This document shows, one piece after another, positions 1-11,479 of a DNA stretch of 64,000 bases. The stretch lies in contig JAVRCJ020000026.1 of assembly GCA_034530875.2 (NCBI GenBank), positions 32,001 to 96,000 of the forward strand. Reading direction: 5' to 3'. The translations under genes and the position numbers were made by a program. Within the stretch, counting starts at the first letter, position 1; each line of letters starts with the position of its first letter. The notes beneath the pieces are model-generated. The model did not search any database, was not told the DNA's origin, and saw only the letters and a list, made by a program, of their open reading frames with translations. The DNA is from Nostoc sp. DedSLP01. GTDB taxonomy: Bacteria > Cyanobacteriota > Cyanobacteriia > Cyanobacteriales > Nostocaceae.

Positions 1-1761
1 CGATATCTCTTAAAAGATCCGCACCAGTCCTATCAGATTTTAGAGGCTGACTGTGCAGAAGAAGGATTCGCCTTGTGTCAAAAAACACACTGCGATGTGA
101 TTCTGCTCGATTATTGTCTGCCCGATCGAAGTGGATTAGAGCTTTTCGATCGGATGCAGGAGGAAATATTTCAGACTTCTGTACCTGTAATTATGTTGAC
201 AGGGCGCGGTGATGAAGAAGTTGCTGTACAAGCAATGAAACGAGGTGCCCTGGATTATTTAGTCAAGCAACATCTGACACAAGATGTACTGCAACTAGCA
301 GTCCGCAATGCCATCAAGCAATTGTGCTTACAAGCTCAACTCAGTAAAACTCAGGAGCGACAGCGTTTAATTGCGACAACTGCTTTGAGAATTCGCCAGT
401 CTCTCGACCTAGAGCAAATTTTGAATACGGCTGTAGCGGAGGTGCAGCAACTTCTAAAGTGCGATCGCGTGATGGTATATCAATTCGCACAAGATAAAGA
501 AGGTAAGATAGTTGCCTCCTCAGTTGAACCATACCGGACTGTAGCTGTGTGCGATGGCTTAGGGACTGGGGACAAAGAGGACACGGGGACGCGGGGACAC
601 GGAGAGGAGTCTGAGCGGCGGCTTCCGCTGCTCAGAACTTCGGGGGACACGGAGAATTTTTTCCCTGCATCAGTGCGTCTGCCGATGGCCGTGTCTTCTC
701 CTTTCACTGCGTCCCCACGTCCCCGCGTCCCCGCGTCTTATTTCCAACCCCCAATCCCTAATCCCCAATCCCCAATCCCTCAAATATACGAGCTTGGCTT
801 GTGTAATTGTCTGAGCCTGAGAGAGCAATTTAACACTAAATCAAATTTGGTGGTTCCGATTAATCTCAGCAACAATGGCAACCCAACTCCTAAGCTTTGG
901 GGTTTGTTGATTGCTCACCATAATTCTTACGAACGACAGTGGCAAGCTGATGATGCCCTGATGCTGAATGAAGTATCGGTACAACTAGCCATCGCCATCC
1001 AACAAGCGGAATTGCTAGCCCAAACTCAAGCAGCCCTGGCTAAAGAAAAGCAACTCAATGCATTTAAATCCAAAATTATTGGCACGGTTTCCCATGAGTA
1101 CCGAACGCCCTTAACTTCAATTTTGGCTGCTGCATCAACTTTAGTAAAACATAGCCAGCAACTTGATGAATCGAAACAGCAGAAATTTTTGGGAATTATC
1201 GAACACAAAGCCAGGTATATGTCCAAACTCGTGGATAATATGCTTTTGGTGAATCAATTTGAAGCCGAAAAACCGAAACTCAAGCCAATACCGCTTGATT
1301 TATTACAATTTTTTTCCGATTTGATAGAACAAGAACGAGAACTAGCAGGCGATCGCCACGAATTGATTTTCAAGATTACTGGAAATTATCATGACTTTTG
1401 GGGCGATCGCGGACTTTTACAGCAAATTTTTAGTAATTTAATATCTAATGCAATTAAGTATTCTCCAGATGGAGGTAATGTAGAGTTACATCTAATTGGT
1501 AAAGAATCAGAAATCATTTTTTACATCCAAGATGAAGGAATTGGTATCCCACTCGCCGACCAAGGAAATTTATTTCAATCTTTCAGTCGTGCAAGTAACG
1601 TTGATACAATTCCTGGCACGGGTTTAGGGCTGGCGATCGTCAAAGCTTGCGTCGAGTTACATGGCGGTAATATCAGTTTATCCAGTCAAGTAGGACAAGG
1701 AACTAAAGTTACAGTTACCTTACCAAAGGTATTTTCCCTTGGTCAAATATCACCATCGTAA
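1..1761 (+). CDS. Hybrid sensor histidine kinase (REC-GAF-HisKA-HATPase), 5'-truncated by the window edge
   Basis: Frame is open from base 1 (RYLLKDPHQSYQILEADCAEEG...). REC motifs ILLDYCLPD and DYLVK; GAF ends LWGLLIAHH; H-box VSHEYRTPL; N-box NLISNAIKYS; G-boxes DEGIGI and GTGLGL. Confidence 0.9.
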   Translation, partial: RYLLKDPHQSYQILEADCAEEGFALCQKTHCDVILLDYCLPDRSGLELFDRMQEEIFQTSVPVIMLTGRGDEEVAVQAMKRGALDYLVKQHLTQDVLQLAVRNAIKQLCLQAQLSKTQERQRLIATTALRIRQSLDLEQILNTAVAEVQQLLKCDRVMVYQFAQDKEGKIVASSVEPYRTVAVCDGLGTGDKEDTGTRGHGEESERRLPLLRTSGDTENFFPASVRLPMAVSSPFTASPRPRVPASYFQPPIPNPQSPIPQIYELGLCNCLSLREQFNTKSNLVVPINLSNNGNPTPKLWGLLIAHHNSYERQWQADDALMLNEVSVQLAIAIQQAELLAQTQAALAKEKQLNAFKSKIIGTVSHEYRTPLTSILAAASTLVKHSQQLDESKQQKFLGIIEHKARYMSKLVDNMLLVNQFEAEKPKLKPIPLDLLQFFSDLIEQERELAGDRHELIFKITGNYHDFWGDRGLLQQIFSNLISNAIKYSPDGGNVELHLIGKESEIIFYIQDEGIGIPLADQGNLFQSFSRASNVDTIPGTGLGLAIVKACVELHGGNISLSSQVGQGTKVTVTLPKVFSLGQISPS

Positions 1762-1800
1762 GAATTCGGGATTGAAATTCACGATCGGATTTTGTAATTT

Positions 1801-2319
1801 TTAATCTCGAATTTCGATTTTATTAATTAGCCATTCTTGTTTTGTTTTTCCACAAGGTTCAGCACTTTGACAATCATTGACATTTTCGAGATCGTAAAAT
1901 AAATTTACATTCTTGTTGACGTATTTATCTGGTTCGCAAACATCAAAGGTTGCACCAATACTTTCATATAATTTGCCATTGCGATCGGCAAGAGTGACAT
2001 AGCATTTTAAGTCCCCATTTTGCATGTCTTTGATAGTGCCAAAAGAGGGATTATCATTTTTAATAGCTGTCTGTTCGGATGCTACGGAATTATTAGTTGG
2101 TTTTTGATTATCGAGATTTGCTTTATTTGCTGAAGTAGATTTAGAATTACTTTGGTTCGTTATTGCTGTATTTTCATGTTGAGATTGATTTTGTTGAGAA
2201 GCACTCTTCCCAGATTCATCGCAACTCACAATTAAAATAGAGCAAAGAAGAAATGTAGTAGTGAAGATTGTTTTTTTTATTTGATTGATGTTCGTAAAAT
2301 TGCAATAGCGCTGACTCAT
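1801..2319 (-). CDS. Hypothetical lipoprotein
   Basis: Hydrophobic signal peptide ending in lipobox-like LIVSC, a low-complexity N/Q/S linker, and a small C-terminal domain with four Cys. Confidence 0.7.
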   Translation of the reverse strand: MSQRYCNFTNINQIKKTIFTTTFLLCSILIVSCDESGKSASQQNQSQHENTAITNQSNSKSTSANKANLDNQKPTNNSVASEQTAIKNDNPSFGTIKDMQNGDLKCYVTLADRNGKLYESIGATFDVCEPDKYVNKNVNLFYDLENVNDCQSAEPCGKTKQEWLINKIEIRD

Positions 2320-2556
2320 GATATAATAAGGGGTTTTAATATTAAGATAAGCAATTTTTAGGTTAGCACAGCTGTGTTACCCTAGCTTGTACGCGACTAA
2401 AATCAGAAGTTGGTATCTGAATTTTCTCTATTTATAGTTTTATGTATTTAAACTTATAAATGGCAACCTGATATTTGCGGATAAGACTCGGCTCGATCTC
2501 AGGTTTTTATATCTTCTTCAGATAAATAAACTTTAAAAAATGGAAGTATTGATTTT

Positions 2557-3441
2557 GTGTTACTTCAAGGTTTTCTCAACTTAAACAAACCATTCGACTG
2601 GACTTCCCACGACTGTGTGGCGCGAGTGCGAAAATTGCTGCGCCTCAAACGTGTGGGACATGCAGGAACTCTAGACCCAGCAGCTACCGGAGTGTTACCC
2701 ATCGCCTTTGGTAAGGCTACAAGACTATTACAATATCTACCAGAAAATAAAGCTTATAAAGCTACCATTCGCCTGGGGGTGCGTACCACAACCGATGATT
2801 TACAAGGCGAAATTATTAATTCTCAAGCTTGTGCTGGATTGAGTTTGGCACAAGTGAAAACTGCGCTATCAAAATTTGAAGGCAAAATAGAGCAAATACC
2901 GCCAAGTTACAGCGCAATTCAAGTGGATGGAAAACGTCTCTACGACTTAGCGCGTCAAGGTAAAACGGTGGACGTTCCAGTGCGGACAGTGGAAGTTTTT
3001 CATATAGAAATTTTGGACTGGCGCGAAGGAGATTTTCCAGAATTGGATGTGGCGATCGCCTGTGGCAGTGGTACATATATAAGAGCGATCGCTCGTGACT
3101 TGGGTGCAATTTTAGAAACTGGTGGCACCCTTGCAGCTTTAATTCGTACCGAAAGTAGTGGTTTCCATTTAAGCGATAGTCTCACGTTGACAGACTTGGA
3201 AACACAACTGCAAACCGGAACATTTCAACCCGTTTCTGTTGATGCAGCTTTACAACATTTATCATCTGTGACTTTACCGCCAACATCTGCTAAAAAATGG
3301 TGTCAAGGTCAGCGAATTTCTCTAACTTTTGATGTTGCTAAAATTGTGCGAGTTTATGATGAAGAGAATAGATTTTTAGGTGTTGGGCAATTACAAGATG
3401 AAGCGTTGATTCCCCAAATGGTTTTTGAACCGATTTCTTAA
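2557..3441 (+). CDS. truB: tRNA pseudouridine(55) synthase TruB
   Basis: Motifs [26 protein letters not shown] and [15 protein letters not shown]. Confidence 0.97.
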   Translation: MLLQGFLNLNKPFDWTSHDCVARVRKLLRLKRVGHAGTLDPAATGVLPIAFGKATRLLQYLPENKAYKATIRLGVRTTTDDLQGEIINSQACAGLSLAQVKTALSKFEGKIEQIPPSYSAIQVDGKRLYDLARQGKTVDVPVRTVEVFHIEILDWREGDFPELDVAIACGSGTYIRAIARDLGAILETGGTLAALIRTESSGFHLSDSLTLTDLETQLQTGTFQPVSVDAALQHLSSVTLPPTSAKKWCQGQRISLTFDVAKIVRVYDEENRFLGVGQLQDEALIPQMVFEPIS

Positions 3442-3456
3442 ACTAATTAAAAAGTG

Positions 3457-3557
3457 TATAGCAATCCTAAATGAGTTACAAATAAATCTACTCCCCACTC
3501 CCCATTCCCTACTCCCTCCCTCCACTAGTAGTTTAGAAATCAAATAGGATTGCTATA
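3457..3557. mobile_element. MITE-like element with TATAGCAATCCTA terminal inverted repeats
   Basis: TATAGCAATCCTA at 3457-3469 and TAGGATTGCTATA at 3545-3557 form a perfect 13-bp inverted repeat with TA ends. The interior is non-coding with heptamer repeats. Confidence 0.7.
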
Positions 3558-3595
3558 TAAGTTAGTTTTTAACTTCACTAAGTACAATTTGAGTA

Positions 3596-4453
3596 ATGAG
3601 CGATCGCCACATTTATAATACTGCTGCAAATCTTAACGTCTACATCCAAGGCCAAGGATTTCCCATCTTAGCCTTACACGGTCATCCTGGTTCTGGTCGC
3701 AGTCTTTCTGTGTTTACCAATCATTTATCAAAACGCTACCAAACTTTTGCCCCAGATTTACGTGGATACGGCAAAAGTCGCTGGAATGGAAATTTTGATA
3801 TGAATGACCATTTAACCGATTTAGAAGCGTTGCTAGACCACTTTAAAATTGAAAAGTGCCTAGTATTGGGATGGTCGCTTGGGGGTATTCTAGCAATGGA
3901 ATTGGCATTGCGTTTGCCACAGCGCATTACAGGTCTGATTTTGGTAGCGACAGCCGCAAAACCCCGTGGTAGCCATCCTCCCATCAGTTGGCAAGATAAT
4001 TTATATACTGGTGTTGCTGGTCTACTCAACTATATAAAACCGAGTTGGCAGTGGAATATTGAAACTTTTGGTAAGCGATCGCTTTTTCGCTACTTAATCC
4101 AACAACATACATCTACAAGTTATAGCTACATTGCCACCGAAGCAGTACCAGCGTATTTGCAAACCTCTCGTGCTGCTACTCGCGCCCTTTACAGCGCAAT
4201 TCAAGCAGGGTATGACAGGCTTTTAGACTTACCACAAATTCAATGTCCGAGTTTGGTGCTTGCTGGCGTCCAAGACCGTCACATTACTGTTGATTCCAGC
4301 TTGGAAACAGCCCGATACCTCAACAATTGTCAATGGCATTGCTACCCTAATACTGCTCATCTTTTTCCGTGGGAAGTTCCTCAACTGGTGCTAAATGATA
4401 TTGACCGTTGGCTCGAAGAATATCCCCAGGTAATAGGAAAGATGGCGCAGTGA
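3596..4453 (+). CDS. Alpha/beta fold hydrolase
   Basis: LHGHPG oxyanion motif, PDLRGYGKS, nucleophile elbow GWSLGG, C-terminal AHLFPWE. Confidence 0.92.
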   Translation: MSDRHIYNTAANLNVYIQGQGFPILALHGHPGSGRSLSVFTNHLSKRYQTFAPDLRGYGKSRWNGNFDMNDHLTDLEALLDHFKIEKCLVLGWSLGGILAMELALRLPQRITGLILVATAAKPRGSHPPISWQDNLYTGVAGLLNYIKPSWQWNIETFGKRSLFRYLIQQHTSTSYSYIATEAVPAYLQTSRAATRALYSAIQAGYDRLLDLPQIQCPSLVLAGVQDRHITVDSSLETARYLNNCQWHCYPNTAHLFPWEVPQLVLNDIDRWLEEYPQVIGKMAQ

Positions 4454-4659
4454 AAGAGGAGATGTGAAGCAGGGAAAGAAGATGCGAATCAGAGGAGATT
4501 CGCTAATGTGGTCAAAGAAGACACGAATAAGGGGAAACGCGGTGACATGGTGAAAAAATTCTCGGTGTTCCCATGCCCCCGCGTTTTCATATTCCTACAT
4601 CGTCGCATTTTTGCATAGCCGCATCTTTGCGTCCCTGTGTCCTCTTAATTCTGCCTAAA

Positions 4660-4962
4660 TTAAATTTGACCGCCAAAGGCAGGCTGTACTTTGCGGTCAA
4701 ATCTTTCCCCCAAGTCATCAGCAATTGTTAAATTACTGGGTTTGCAACGTTTGATGTTTACAACAATTCCTTGCGCTCCTTCGATTTCCAAGTCTTCGAT
4801 GTATCCACTGCTGGCTAATCTTGCTTCGGAAGAACTCAGAAATGGGCCGAAGTAGTAGGTGCAACGGGGATTCTGGGTTACAATTTCTACCCACCAAGCC
4901 AAGCCGAGGTAGTCGAACGTGTTAATCAACCCTTCCTTGAGAGTATGCCAAATGGTTTTCAT
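4660..4962 (-). CDS. DUF1816 family protein
   Basis: WWVEIVTQNPRCTYYFGPF and GYIEDLEIEGA are typical of this cyanobacterial family. Confidence 0.85.
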   Translation of the reverse strand: MKTIWHTLKEGLINTFDYLGLAWWVEIVTQNPRCTYYFGPFLSSSEARLASSGYIEDLEIEGAQGIVVNIKRCKPSNLTIADDLGERFDRKVQPAFGGQI

Positions 4963-5048
4963 GGTTTTCGCCGATTAATAAACGTGCTACAGGGTGTTAA
5001 AGGATATGTTACTTGATTTTCATTTACATTTCTTTATACTCTTTTACG

Positions 5049-6026
5049 CTATTTTTTCAAAGAGATTTTTTGTAATTTATCTAAATGCAGCGTATTTAGC
5101 GATCGCTGGCGATAAATTTCATAAAGTGCCATACCTGCTGCAACCGAAGCATTGAGGCTAGGAGTTTTGCCTTGTAAGGGAATTGATACTAATACATCAC
5201 AGGAGCGTTGAGTCAACATACTCAACCCTTCACCTTCAGAACCAATTACCAAAGCGATCGGGCCGCTAAAATTGACTGTGTGTAAGGGTTCGCTGCCAGT
5301 TGCAGCAGTACCGTAAATCCAAAACCCAGCTGTTTTTAATTCTTCTAAGGCGCGACTGAGGTTAACAACTCTGGCTACAGAAAAATTTTCTAAAGCACCT
5401 GCTGCAACTTTGACGACAGTAGAAGTGATCCCAGAAGCCCTTCTTTGGGGTATGACTAATCCTTGAGCGCCGATTGCTTCGGCAGTGCGAATAATTGCTC
5501 CCAAGTTGTGGGGATCGGTAATTCCATCAGCTACCACAATTACGGGATCGGTGACAGATTTTGCTTTTTCAATCAGATCCGGCAATTCGATATAGGCGTA
5601 GGGAGCAATTTGTGCCGCCACACCTTGATGATTAGATCCATTAGTGATTTGATCTAAGCGCTTGGGTTCAACTTCGTCAATAACTGTGCCATTTTCTTTG
5701 GCTTGCAACAGCAAATGGTGGAAGTTGGGATCGTAGCGCAGACGGCTAGTAATCCAGATGCGGTTGAGACCGCGCTGATTTTGCAACGCACTCAATACAG
5801 GATGACGGCCGTAGATTAAATCGCTCTCTTCTGCTGGTTTTGGGGATGGAGACGGGTGTGAGAAGTTATTATTTTGCGGGCGGGGGTTGCTAGAGATGGG
5901 GTTGATATCTATTTTTTTTCTGGGATTGCGAATCGGATTAGTAACAACACGCTTACCCTGAAGTTTTACTGGTTGCCCGCGATTAGGTTCGCTAGAAGTC
6001 TTGATTTTTCTGGGTTTATTGGACAT
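5049..6026 (-). CDS. rlmB: 23S rRNA (guanosine-2'-O)-methyltransferase RlmB (TrmH family)
   Basis: [39 protein letters not shown]. Start placed at ATG 6026; alternative ATG at 6059. Confidence 0.93.
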   Translation of the reverse strand: MSNKPRKIKTSSEPNRGQPVKLQGKRVVTNPIRNPRKKIDINPISSNPRPQNNNFSHPSPSPKPAEESDLIYGRHPVLSALQNQRGLNRIWITSRLRYDPNFHHLLLQAKENGTVIDEVEPKRLDQITNGSNHQGVAAQIAPYAYIELPDLIEKAKSVTDPVIVVADGITDPHNLGAIIRTAEAIGAQGLVIPQRRASGITSTVVKVAAGALENFSVARVVNLSRALEELKTAGFWIYGTAATGSEPLHTVNFSGPIALVIGSEGEGLSMLTQRSCDVLVSIPLQGKTPSLNASVAAGMALYEIYRQRSLNTLHLDKLQKISLKK

Positions 6027-6122
6027 TTTAGTTTTAGGATATAGCTTAATAATGGGCATCCTGACGAGCTCGATTGACCAGACCTAATTTACTGTTTTGA
6101 TAATTGTGAAATTGAGTTCTCA

Positions 6123-6602
6123 CTATTTTTCAAGATGGAGTATTTCCAACAGTTCGGTTAGGCGCTGGTAATCGGTGAGATACAGGTAGCCAATTAACGT
6201 TTCTAGACTAGTTGCCTGTTGATAAATTTCGGGATCGAGACGCTTAGGCCGTCCTGTGGCAGCGTTTCGACCGCGGCGGACAATTTCTAATTCGGTCTCC
6301 CTCAGATGAGGAGTCAGCGATCGCAAATGTAGCGCTTGTGTTTCTGCTCTTACCTGTGCCACTACCAGACGATGGTAAGTATCTGGTCGCTGTAGAGGCA
6401 TCAGATAAAACATTCTAACATACACTTCATAAATTGCATCTCCCAAGTACGCTAAAGCTGTGGGAGAAATTTGTTGTACTTCTGAAAGAGAAATCTGTTG
6501 GGATAATGGCGCTGTGGTTAACAAGAGTGCTTGAGTCCAGGATAAACTCTGTTTGGGATCTTCATCTTGTCGAGCTAATAGCCCTTCCTCCTGTGAGTTC
6601 AC
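6123..6602 (-). CDS. mrnC: Mini-ribonuclease III
   Basis: ALAYLGDAIYEVYVR, RRGRNA, YQQATSLETLIGYLYL; no dsRBD. GTG at 6602 chosen as start because AGGA lies upstream; the ORF is open to 6650. Confidence 0.9.
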   Translation of the reverse strand: MNSQEEGLLARQDEDPKQSLSWTQALLLTTAPLSQQISLSEVQQISPTALAYLGDAIYEVYVRMFYLMPLQRPDTYHRLVVAQVRAETQALHLRSLTPHLRETELEIVRRGRNAATGRPKRLDPEIYQQATSLETLIGYLYLTDYQRLTELLEILHLEK

Positions 6603-7014
6603 AAATAAATCATTCCTAACTCGGCTCAATTTGGCAGGCATTATTCGCAAAGAGAGATTTTTTTGAAGTATGCCACGATCGTCTACCTAGCATAATCAAC
6701 ACTATCAAAATTACTGACTAAATTTTATCTTTTTGATTAAAACTTCGCATTTTAGATTGCCCTGATGTCATCCTTCTCGCAACGGAATTTGGTGTATCGA
6801 TCGCTGTCTGCACCTTAAAATAAGATAAAATTTTGACATCCTAGCTTGCCTGAAAATTGACTATGTTGCCATGTTTGCCGACTAGGCAACGATCCTTAAG
6901 CATACAATACCAAGTAAAATTTAGATACAGATAAATCTGCTGACTTTGTATTTACTAAATCTTTACCTTGACTATAGTTTTATACAAAATACTCGCCAAC
7001 ACTTACACGATATT

Positions 7015-7174
7015 AAAGGTATTTGAAAAGTTTCTGATGATACACTAATGATTTAAATATACCCTTAATTTCCCTGAATAAGGGCGGCTTCGAGAATCTA
7101 ACTGTCTGTTTTTCAATGGTGATTCAGGGGATCGAGCTAAATATTTATACTTGTATACTTGACAAACATCCGCT
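7015..7174. mobile_element. Degenerate copy of the MITE at 28555
   Basis: AAAGGTATTTGAAAAGT ... ACTTGACAAACATCCGCT resemble the TIRs at 28554/28720, at similar spacing, with a remnant internal CCCT...AGGGGATC. Confidence 0.4.
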
Positions 7175-7356
7175 AAAAATTGGCTGCCTGTAATTAATAT
7201 TGACGCTTAATCTTAGTCAGTTTTAAATATAAAAGTTCAACTGGCTTAGCGCCTCTCCCACAAGGAGAGAGGTTTTTGCCAGAAGTTTTATAAATTTAGC
7301 TACCCCGTGTTGAATGTGGATAGCTAAGCTCATCTCAAGAGGTCGAGCGATCGAGA

Positions 7357-7719
7357 CTACTTGACGTTTTCTAAAGCCTCTTCAACTGATTTTTGCAAAG
7401 AGAGAAACTTCTCTAGGCGAACAAGCTTGACCGTTTGAGTTACCCGGGCATTTGTGACAATTTGCAAAGTGCCATTAGCGTTTTGAGCTTTCTTGGCTGC
7501 CTGCACCAGAGCACCCAAGCCAGAGCTATCAATAAAATCGATTTGTGAGAGATCCAAAATAATATGCTTAGGACCTTCCTCAATCTTGCTCTCAAGTACC
7601 TTGCGAAATGTCGGCTCAGAAAAGGCATCTAACAAACCTGTGAGGCGGAATAGCTGACAGTTATCCCGGATTTCACGAGTGCCCCTCAGGCTCACGGTTA
7701 GATTCAGTGGCTCAGCAAT
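7357..7719 (-). CDS. STAS-domain anti-sigma factor antagonist
   Basis: ILDLSQIDFIDSSGLGALV phosphorylation motif. Start is either GTG 7695 or ATT 7719 behind AGGAGG (see findings). Confidence 0.9.
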   Translation of the reverse strand: MAEPLNLTVSLRGTREIRDNCQLFRLTGLLDAFSEPTFRKVLESKIEEGPKHIILDLSQIDFIDSSGLGALVQAAKKAQNANGTLQIVTNARVTQTVKLVRLEKFLSLQKSVEEALENVK

Positions 7720-7908
7720 AATTCCCTCCTCATAAGTTTAAGTGAACGCTCAAGTATAGATGGTTTTTGAGCGAGTTGTCTACAATCTGTTGGAGCAAAA
7801 CCCTTCGGCTAGGGAAAAGGTGAAAGGTAAAAGGGAAAAGGTAGGGTTTATTCCCTTTCCCCTTTGCCCCTTGCCCCTTTCCCCAAGGCGAAGCCATCTC
7901 CCCATTCC

Positions 7909-9066
7909 CTAATTCCCATCACTTTGACGTGCCCTCCGCATAGCTTGAACAAATTGCTCAAACAAGTAATCAGCATCGTGAGGACCGGGGCTGGCTTCTG
8001 GGTGATACTGTACGGAGAATATGGGCAGAGACTTGTGGCGTACCCCGGCTACGGTGCGATCGTTTAAATTCAGGTGGCTAACTTCCACAACTGCCGCAGG
8101 TAAAGAATCTGGGTCAATGGCAAAACTATGGTTTTGACTGGTAATTTCTACCTTTTGTTGTAAACCCGCAGGCTGGTTTAAACCACGATGACCAAATTTG
8201 AGTTTATAGGTTTCTGCTCCCAAAGCATGACCCAAAATTTGATGCCCCATACAAATCCCAAATATGGGTTTTTGACTCAACAGCAACGCTTTGGTAGTTG
8301 CAATTCCTTCGGTAACGGCAGCAGGGTCGCCAGGCCCGTTAGAAAGAAAGACACCATCAGGATTGCAGTTGAGAATTTCCTCTGGTGGCGTATCAGCAGG
8401 TACAACAATCACCCGACAACCATAACTTGCTAACCGACGCAAAATATTGCGTTTGATGCCAAAGTCAAGGGCAACAACGGTAAAGGGCTTGTCAATGTTG
8501 TTGGCAGTTTCTGGATTAAATTCCCAGGCTGGAATTGTGGGATCTGACCATTCATAAATTGTTGGCGTCGTTACTTCACGAACCAGGTTTAATCCCGCCA
8601 TGTTTGGAGCTGCCTGCACCTGCTCTAACAATTCGGCCTCATCTAAAATAGCTGTAGAAATACCACCGTTCATAGCTCCGAACATCCGAATTTTGCGGGT
8701 GAGGGCGCGGGTATCGATGCCATAGATAGCTGGAATTTGGTAGTGTTTAAGGTAGTCAGGTAAGGATTGTGTCGATCGCCAGTTACTTGGCCGCTGACAA
8801 ATATTACGAGCGATCGCACCCCGCACTTGGGGTCGGACTGATTCTTCATCCTCAGGATTGACGCCAGTGTTCCCTAATTCGGGATAAGTAAAAATCACAA
8901 TCTGTCCGCAATAACTAGGGTCGGTCAGTACTTCTTGGTACCCAGTCATGCCAGTGTTGAATACCACTTCTCCGATCGCGGTTCCCGTAGCGCCAAAAGA
9001 CCAACCGCGATAAGTGGTTCCATCTGCTAGGACAAGTAAAGCTGGTATTGCGTCAGATAGGGGCAT
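7909..9066 (-). CDS. carA: Carbamoyl-phosphate synthase small subunit
   Basis: [42 protein letters not shown]. Start placed at ATG 9066 because the upstream extension is repeat-derived. Confidence 0.97.
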   Translation of the reverse strand: MPLSDAIPALLVLADGTTYRGWSFGATGTAIGEVVFNTGMTGYQEVLTDPSYCGQIVIFTYPELGNTGVNPEDEESVRPQVRGAIARNICQRPSNWRSTQSLPDYLKHYQIPAIYGIDTRALTRKIRMFGAMNGGISTAILDEAELLEQVQAAPNMAGLNLVREVTTPTIYEWSDPTIPAWEFNPETANNIDKPFTVVALDFGIKRNILRRLASYGCRVIVVPADTPPEEILNCNPDGVFLSNGPGDPAAVTEGIATTKALLLSQKPIFGICMGHQILGHALGAETYKLKFGHRGLNQPAGLQQKVEITSQNHSFAIDPDSLPAAVVEVSHLNLNDRTVAGVRHKSLPIFSVQYHPEASPGPHDADYLFEQFVQAMRRARQSDGN

Positions 9067-9334
9067 AGGCGAGAGATTGGGAAAGGGGAAAAGGGGAAAG
9101 GGGAAAGGGGAAAAATGCAAGGGGACAGACTGCCGCCACTTTTCCTTTGCTCCCATCTCCAATTTTCAAGACTGCGATCCTCGATTATCTCATGAGTTGA
9201 GCTATTAAAAGTTTTCGAGTTGTTAATAAAAAATTAAAATTTTCTGTTCCTTATTGTTTGTTGGCTTTTACTTAAAATCTTTAAATAGGTACGCGAGAGT
9301 GGATTTGCAGAAGCTTGGGCAGTTAATATTAATT

Positions 9335-10375
9335 ATGCTTTTATCCCGTGTAACCCTAATTTTTGCATTCAGCGCTCTAACGGTTTTGACTGTTGCCTGT
9401 AGTGAAGACAAACGAAACACTACGACTACTGGCACTGAGCAATCCGCGCCAGTTGGTGATTTGGCATCGGTAAAGCCTACCATCGCCGAACCTGCAACAC
9501 CAAGACCTACTCCTACGCAGCCACCAGAGCCATCTGAAACTGAACCAAGCGTTTTTGAACTGGGGTTAGATAAAGCTGTCAGTGCTTGGAGTATCAGCCA
9601 ATCTGCTCAATCTGCTGATGATTGGAATTTGGTCGCCAGTCAATACCAAGATGCGATCGCTTTGATGCAAAAAGTACAGCGACAAACTCCAGAATTTGCC
9701 TTTGCTCAATCGAAAATCACAGAATATCAGCGCCAAATCAAATACGCTAAACAAAAAGCCAATCCTCGCCCCGCACCAGTTCAGGAACCTCAAAAAATAG
9801 TAGTTGTGGTTCCCCAAACAGGAACTACACCAAAGTTCGCTTCACCTCTACCGATTCCTGTAGAAAAAAAAGTATTACCACAAGATCCAGAGATATCTTC
9901 TTCAGCAGTGGTAATTCCAGATCCACTCGTGTTTACAGCGCCGATTAAAAGGCGGGCTGGTGGTACGCCAATTGTAGAAGTAACTTTCAACGGTCAGCGA
10001 AAGTTTGAGATGATTGTAGATACCGGAGCCAGTGGTACTGTGATCACTCAAGAAATCGCAAATGCCTTGGGAATAGTGCCAATAGGCAGAGCCAAGGCAA
10101 ACACCGCCAGTTCTAGGGCTGTAGAATTTCCTGTGGGCTATGTTGAGTCAATGGCACTTGGCGGGCTGAGGGTGAATCGAGTACCGGTAGCGATCGCTGG
10201 TACGGAACTCGAAACTGGACTTTTGGGACATGACTTTTTTGGCAATTACGATGTCACAATTAAACGAAATGTGGTAGAGTTCCGCCCGCAACTGCGATCG
10301 CAAGTCAATTCCCCAGAAATTGAACTAACTGCTCCAACTTCGTCCAAGCCGCCCCGCTTTGCAGGATATCCTTAG
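9335..10375 (+). CDS. Lipoprotein with C-terminal retropepsin-like aspartic protease domain
   Basis: Lipobox-like LTVAC, Pro-rich linkers, a helical middle region, catalytic MIVDTGAS and C-terminal LLGHDFF. Confidence 0.85.
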   Translation: MLLSRVTLIFAFSALTVLTVACSEDKRNTTTTGTEQSAPVGDLASVKPTIAEPATPRPTPTQPPEPSETEPSVFELGLDKAVSAWSISQSAQSADDWNLVASQYQDAIALMQKVQRQTPEFAFAQSKITEYQRQIKYAKQKANPRPAPVQEPQKIVVVVPQTGTTPKFASPLPIPVEKKVLPQDPEISSSAVVIPDPLVFTAPIKRRAGGTPIVEVTFNGQRKFEMIVDTGASGTVITQEIANALGIVPIGRAKANTASSRAVEFPVGYVESMALGGLRVNRVPVAIAGTELETGLLGHDFFGNYDVTIKRNVVEFRPQLRSQVNSPEIELTAPTSSKPPRFAGYP

Positions 10376-11402
10376 CGATTTTAATAGCTTGGGTATGATT
10401 CAGGAACGGTACCGCCCCCGCGACTTGCAGCGCCAGCGACGCGTTTAAAGCAACCGCATCCTGTTGCGCTTGAGTTCCTTTGCCTTGGAGTACAGCCTTC
10501 AAAATTTCGGCATTCTCTTGCACATCGCCACCCCGAAGCATACCTATAGGAGCAGGTGTGACATCCAACTCCAGAGGATTAATAGTAGTTAACTGCACTT
10601 CTCCCTCTGATAAAACTGCCAAGTCAGTTACATCTCCTAACCCAGCCTCATCAAGTTTTTCTCGCCCGTGCAGCACAATTGCTCTTTCCTTGCCCAAATT
10701 ATGTAAAGCTTGGGCAACAGTTGCCAAAAGTTTCGGTGTAAATAACCCCACCACTTGCCCAGTTGGACGCAAGGGATTTACCAACGGCCCCAGTAAATTA
10801 AACACTGTTCGCACTCTGAGAGTCCGCCGTAAGGGTGCAACTGCTTTGAGTGCTGGATGCCAACCAGGAGCAAACAAGAAAGTAATTCCCACTTCGTGTA
10901 AAGCAGCTTGTACCTTTTCACTAGGGGCGCTCAAATTTACGCCCAAGGCTTCCAAAACATCGGCGCTTCCCGTAAGACTTGAGGCTGAACGATTCCCATG
11001 TTTAGCAACAGGTACACCATAGGCAGCGGCAACAAAGGCAACCGCCGTCGAAATATTAAAAGTTGACGAACCATCTCCACCAGTGCCGCAGGTATCAATT
11101 ACAGATTGGTGATTAAGAATTGGGGATTGGGTGGATTTTTCCCCAGTCCCCAGTCCCCAGTCCCCAGTCCCCAGCTTTGATTGCGATTGTAATACTTCAG
11201 CCATACCGGTTAACTCGTCGGCAGAAACGCCTTTAAAGTTCAGCGCTGTTAAAATTGCTCCCGATAATTCTGGAGGAACGGCTTCACTGAGCCAACCTTG
11301 CATCAATTCAGCAGCTTGAGTACGCGACAATGATTGGCCATCTATTAATTGTTGTAGCAAGACATAATATGATTCTTGTACAGGGATTGGGGAAGTTGTC
11401 AT
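10305..11402 (-). CDS. trpD: Anthranilate phosphoribosyltransferase
   Basis: [40 protein letters not shown]. Confidence 0.97.
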   Translation of the reverse strand: MTTSPIPVQESYYVLLQQLIDGQSLSRTQAAELMQGWLSEAVPPELSGAILTALNFKGVSADELTGMAEVLQSQSKLGTGDWGLGTGEKSTQSPILNHQSVIDTCGTGGDGSSTFNISTAVAFVAAAYGVPVAKHGNRSASSLTGSADVLEALGVNLSAPSEKVQAALHEVGITFLFAPGWHPALKAVAPLRRTLRVRTVFNLLGPLVNPLRPTGQVVGLFTPKLLATVAQALHNLGKERAIVLHGREKLDEAGLGDVTDLAVLSEGEVQLTTINPLELDVTPAPIGMLRGGDVQENAEILKAVLQGKGTQAQQDAVALNASLALQVAGAVPFLNHTQAIKIAKDILQSGAAWTKLEQLVQFLGN

Positions 11403-11479
11403 AGCTAGGGTTTTTGTATGTTTAGGATGTAGCTACCTTGGAGGACATGGGAGCTATACTACCGGAAAATTGGCTTCGA

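Noticed and set aside
1846..1856. Single TTTTCCACA DnaA-box match
   Set aside because: Isolated and inside a CDS; expected by chance.
9067..9162. N-terminal extension of CarA (MEMGAKEK...FPFPLFPFP)
   Set aside because: Encoded by GGGGAAA-type heptamer repeats; CarA similarity begins at [13 protein letters not shown].
10480..11022. Long antisense ORFs (also 19243-19809, 18862-19200, 16809-17177, 59744-60136)
   Set aside because: They are shadows of well-supported genes on the opposite strand and have no recognisable motifs.
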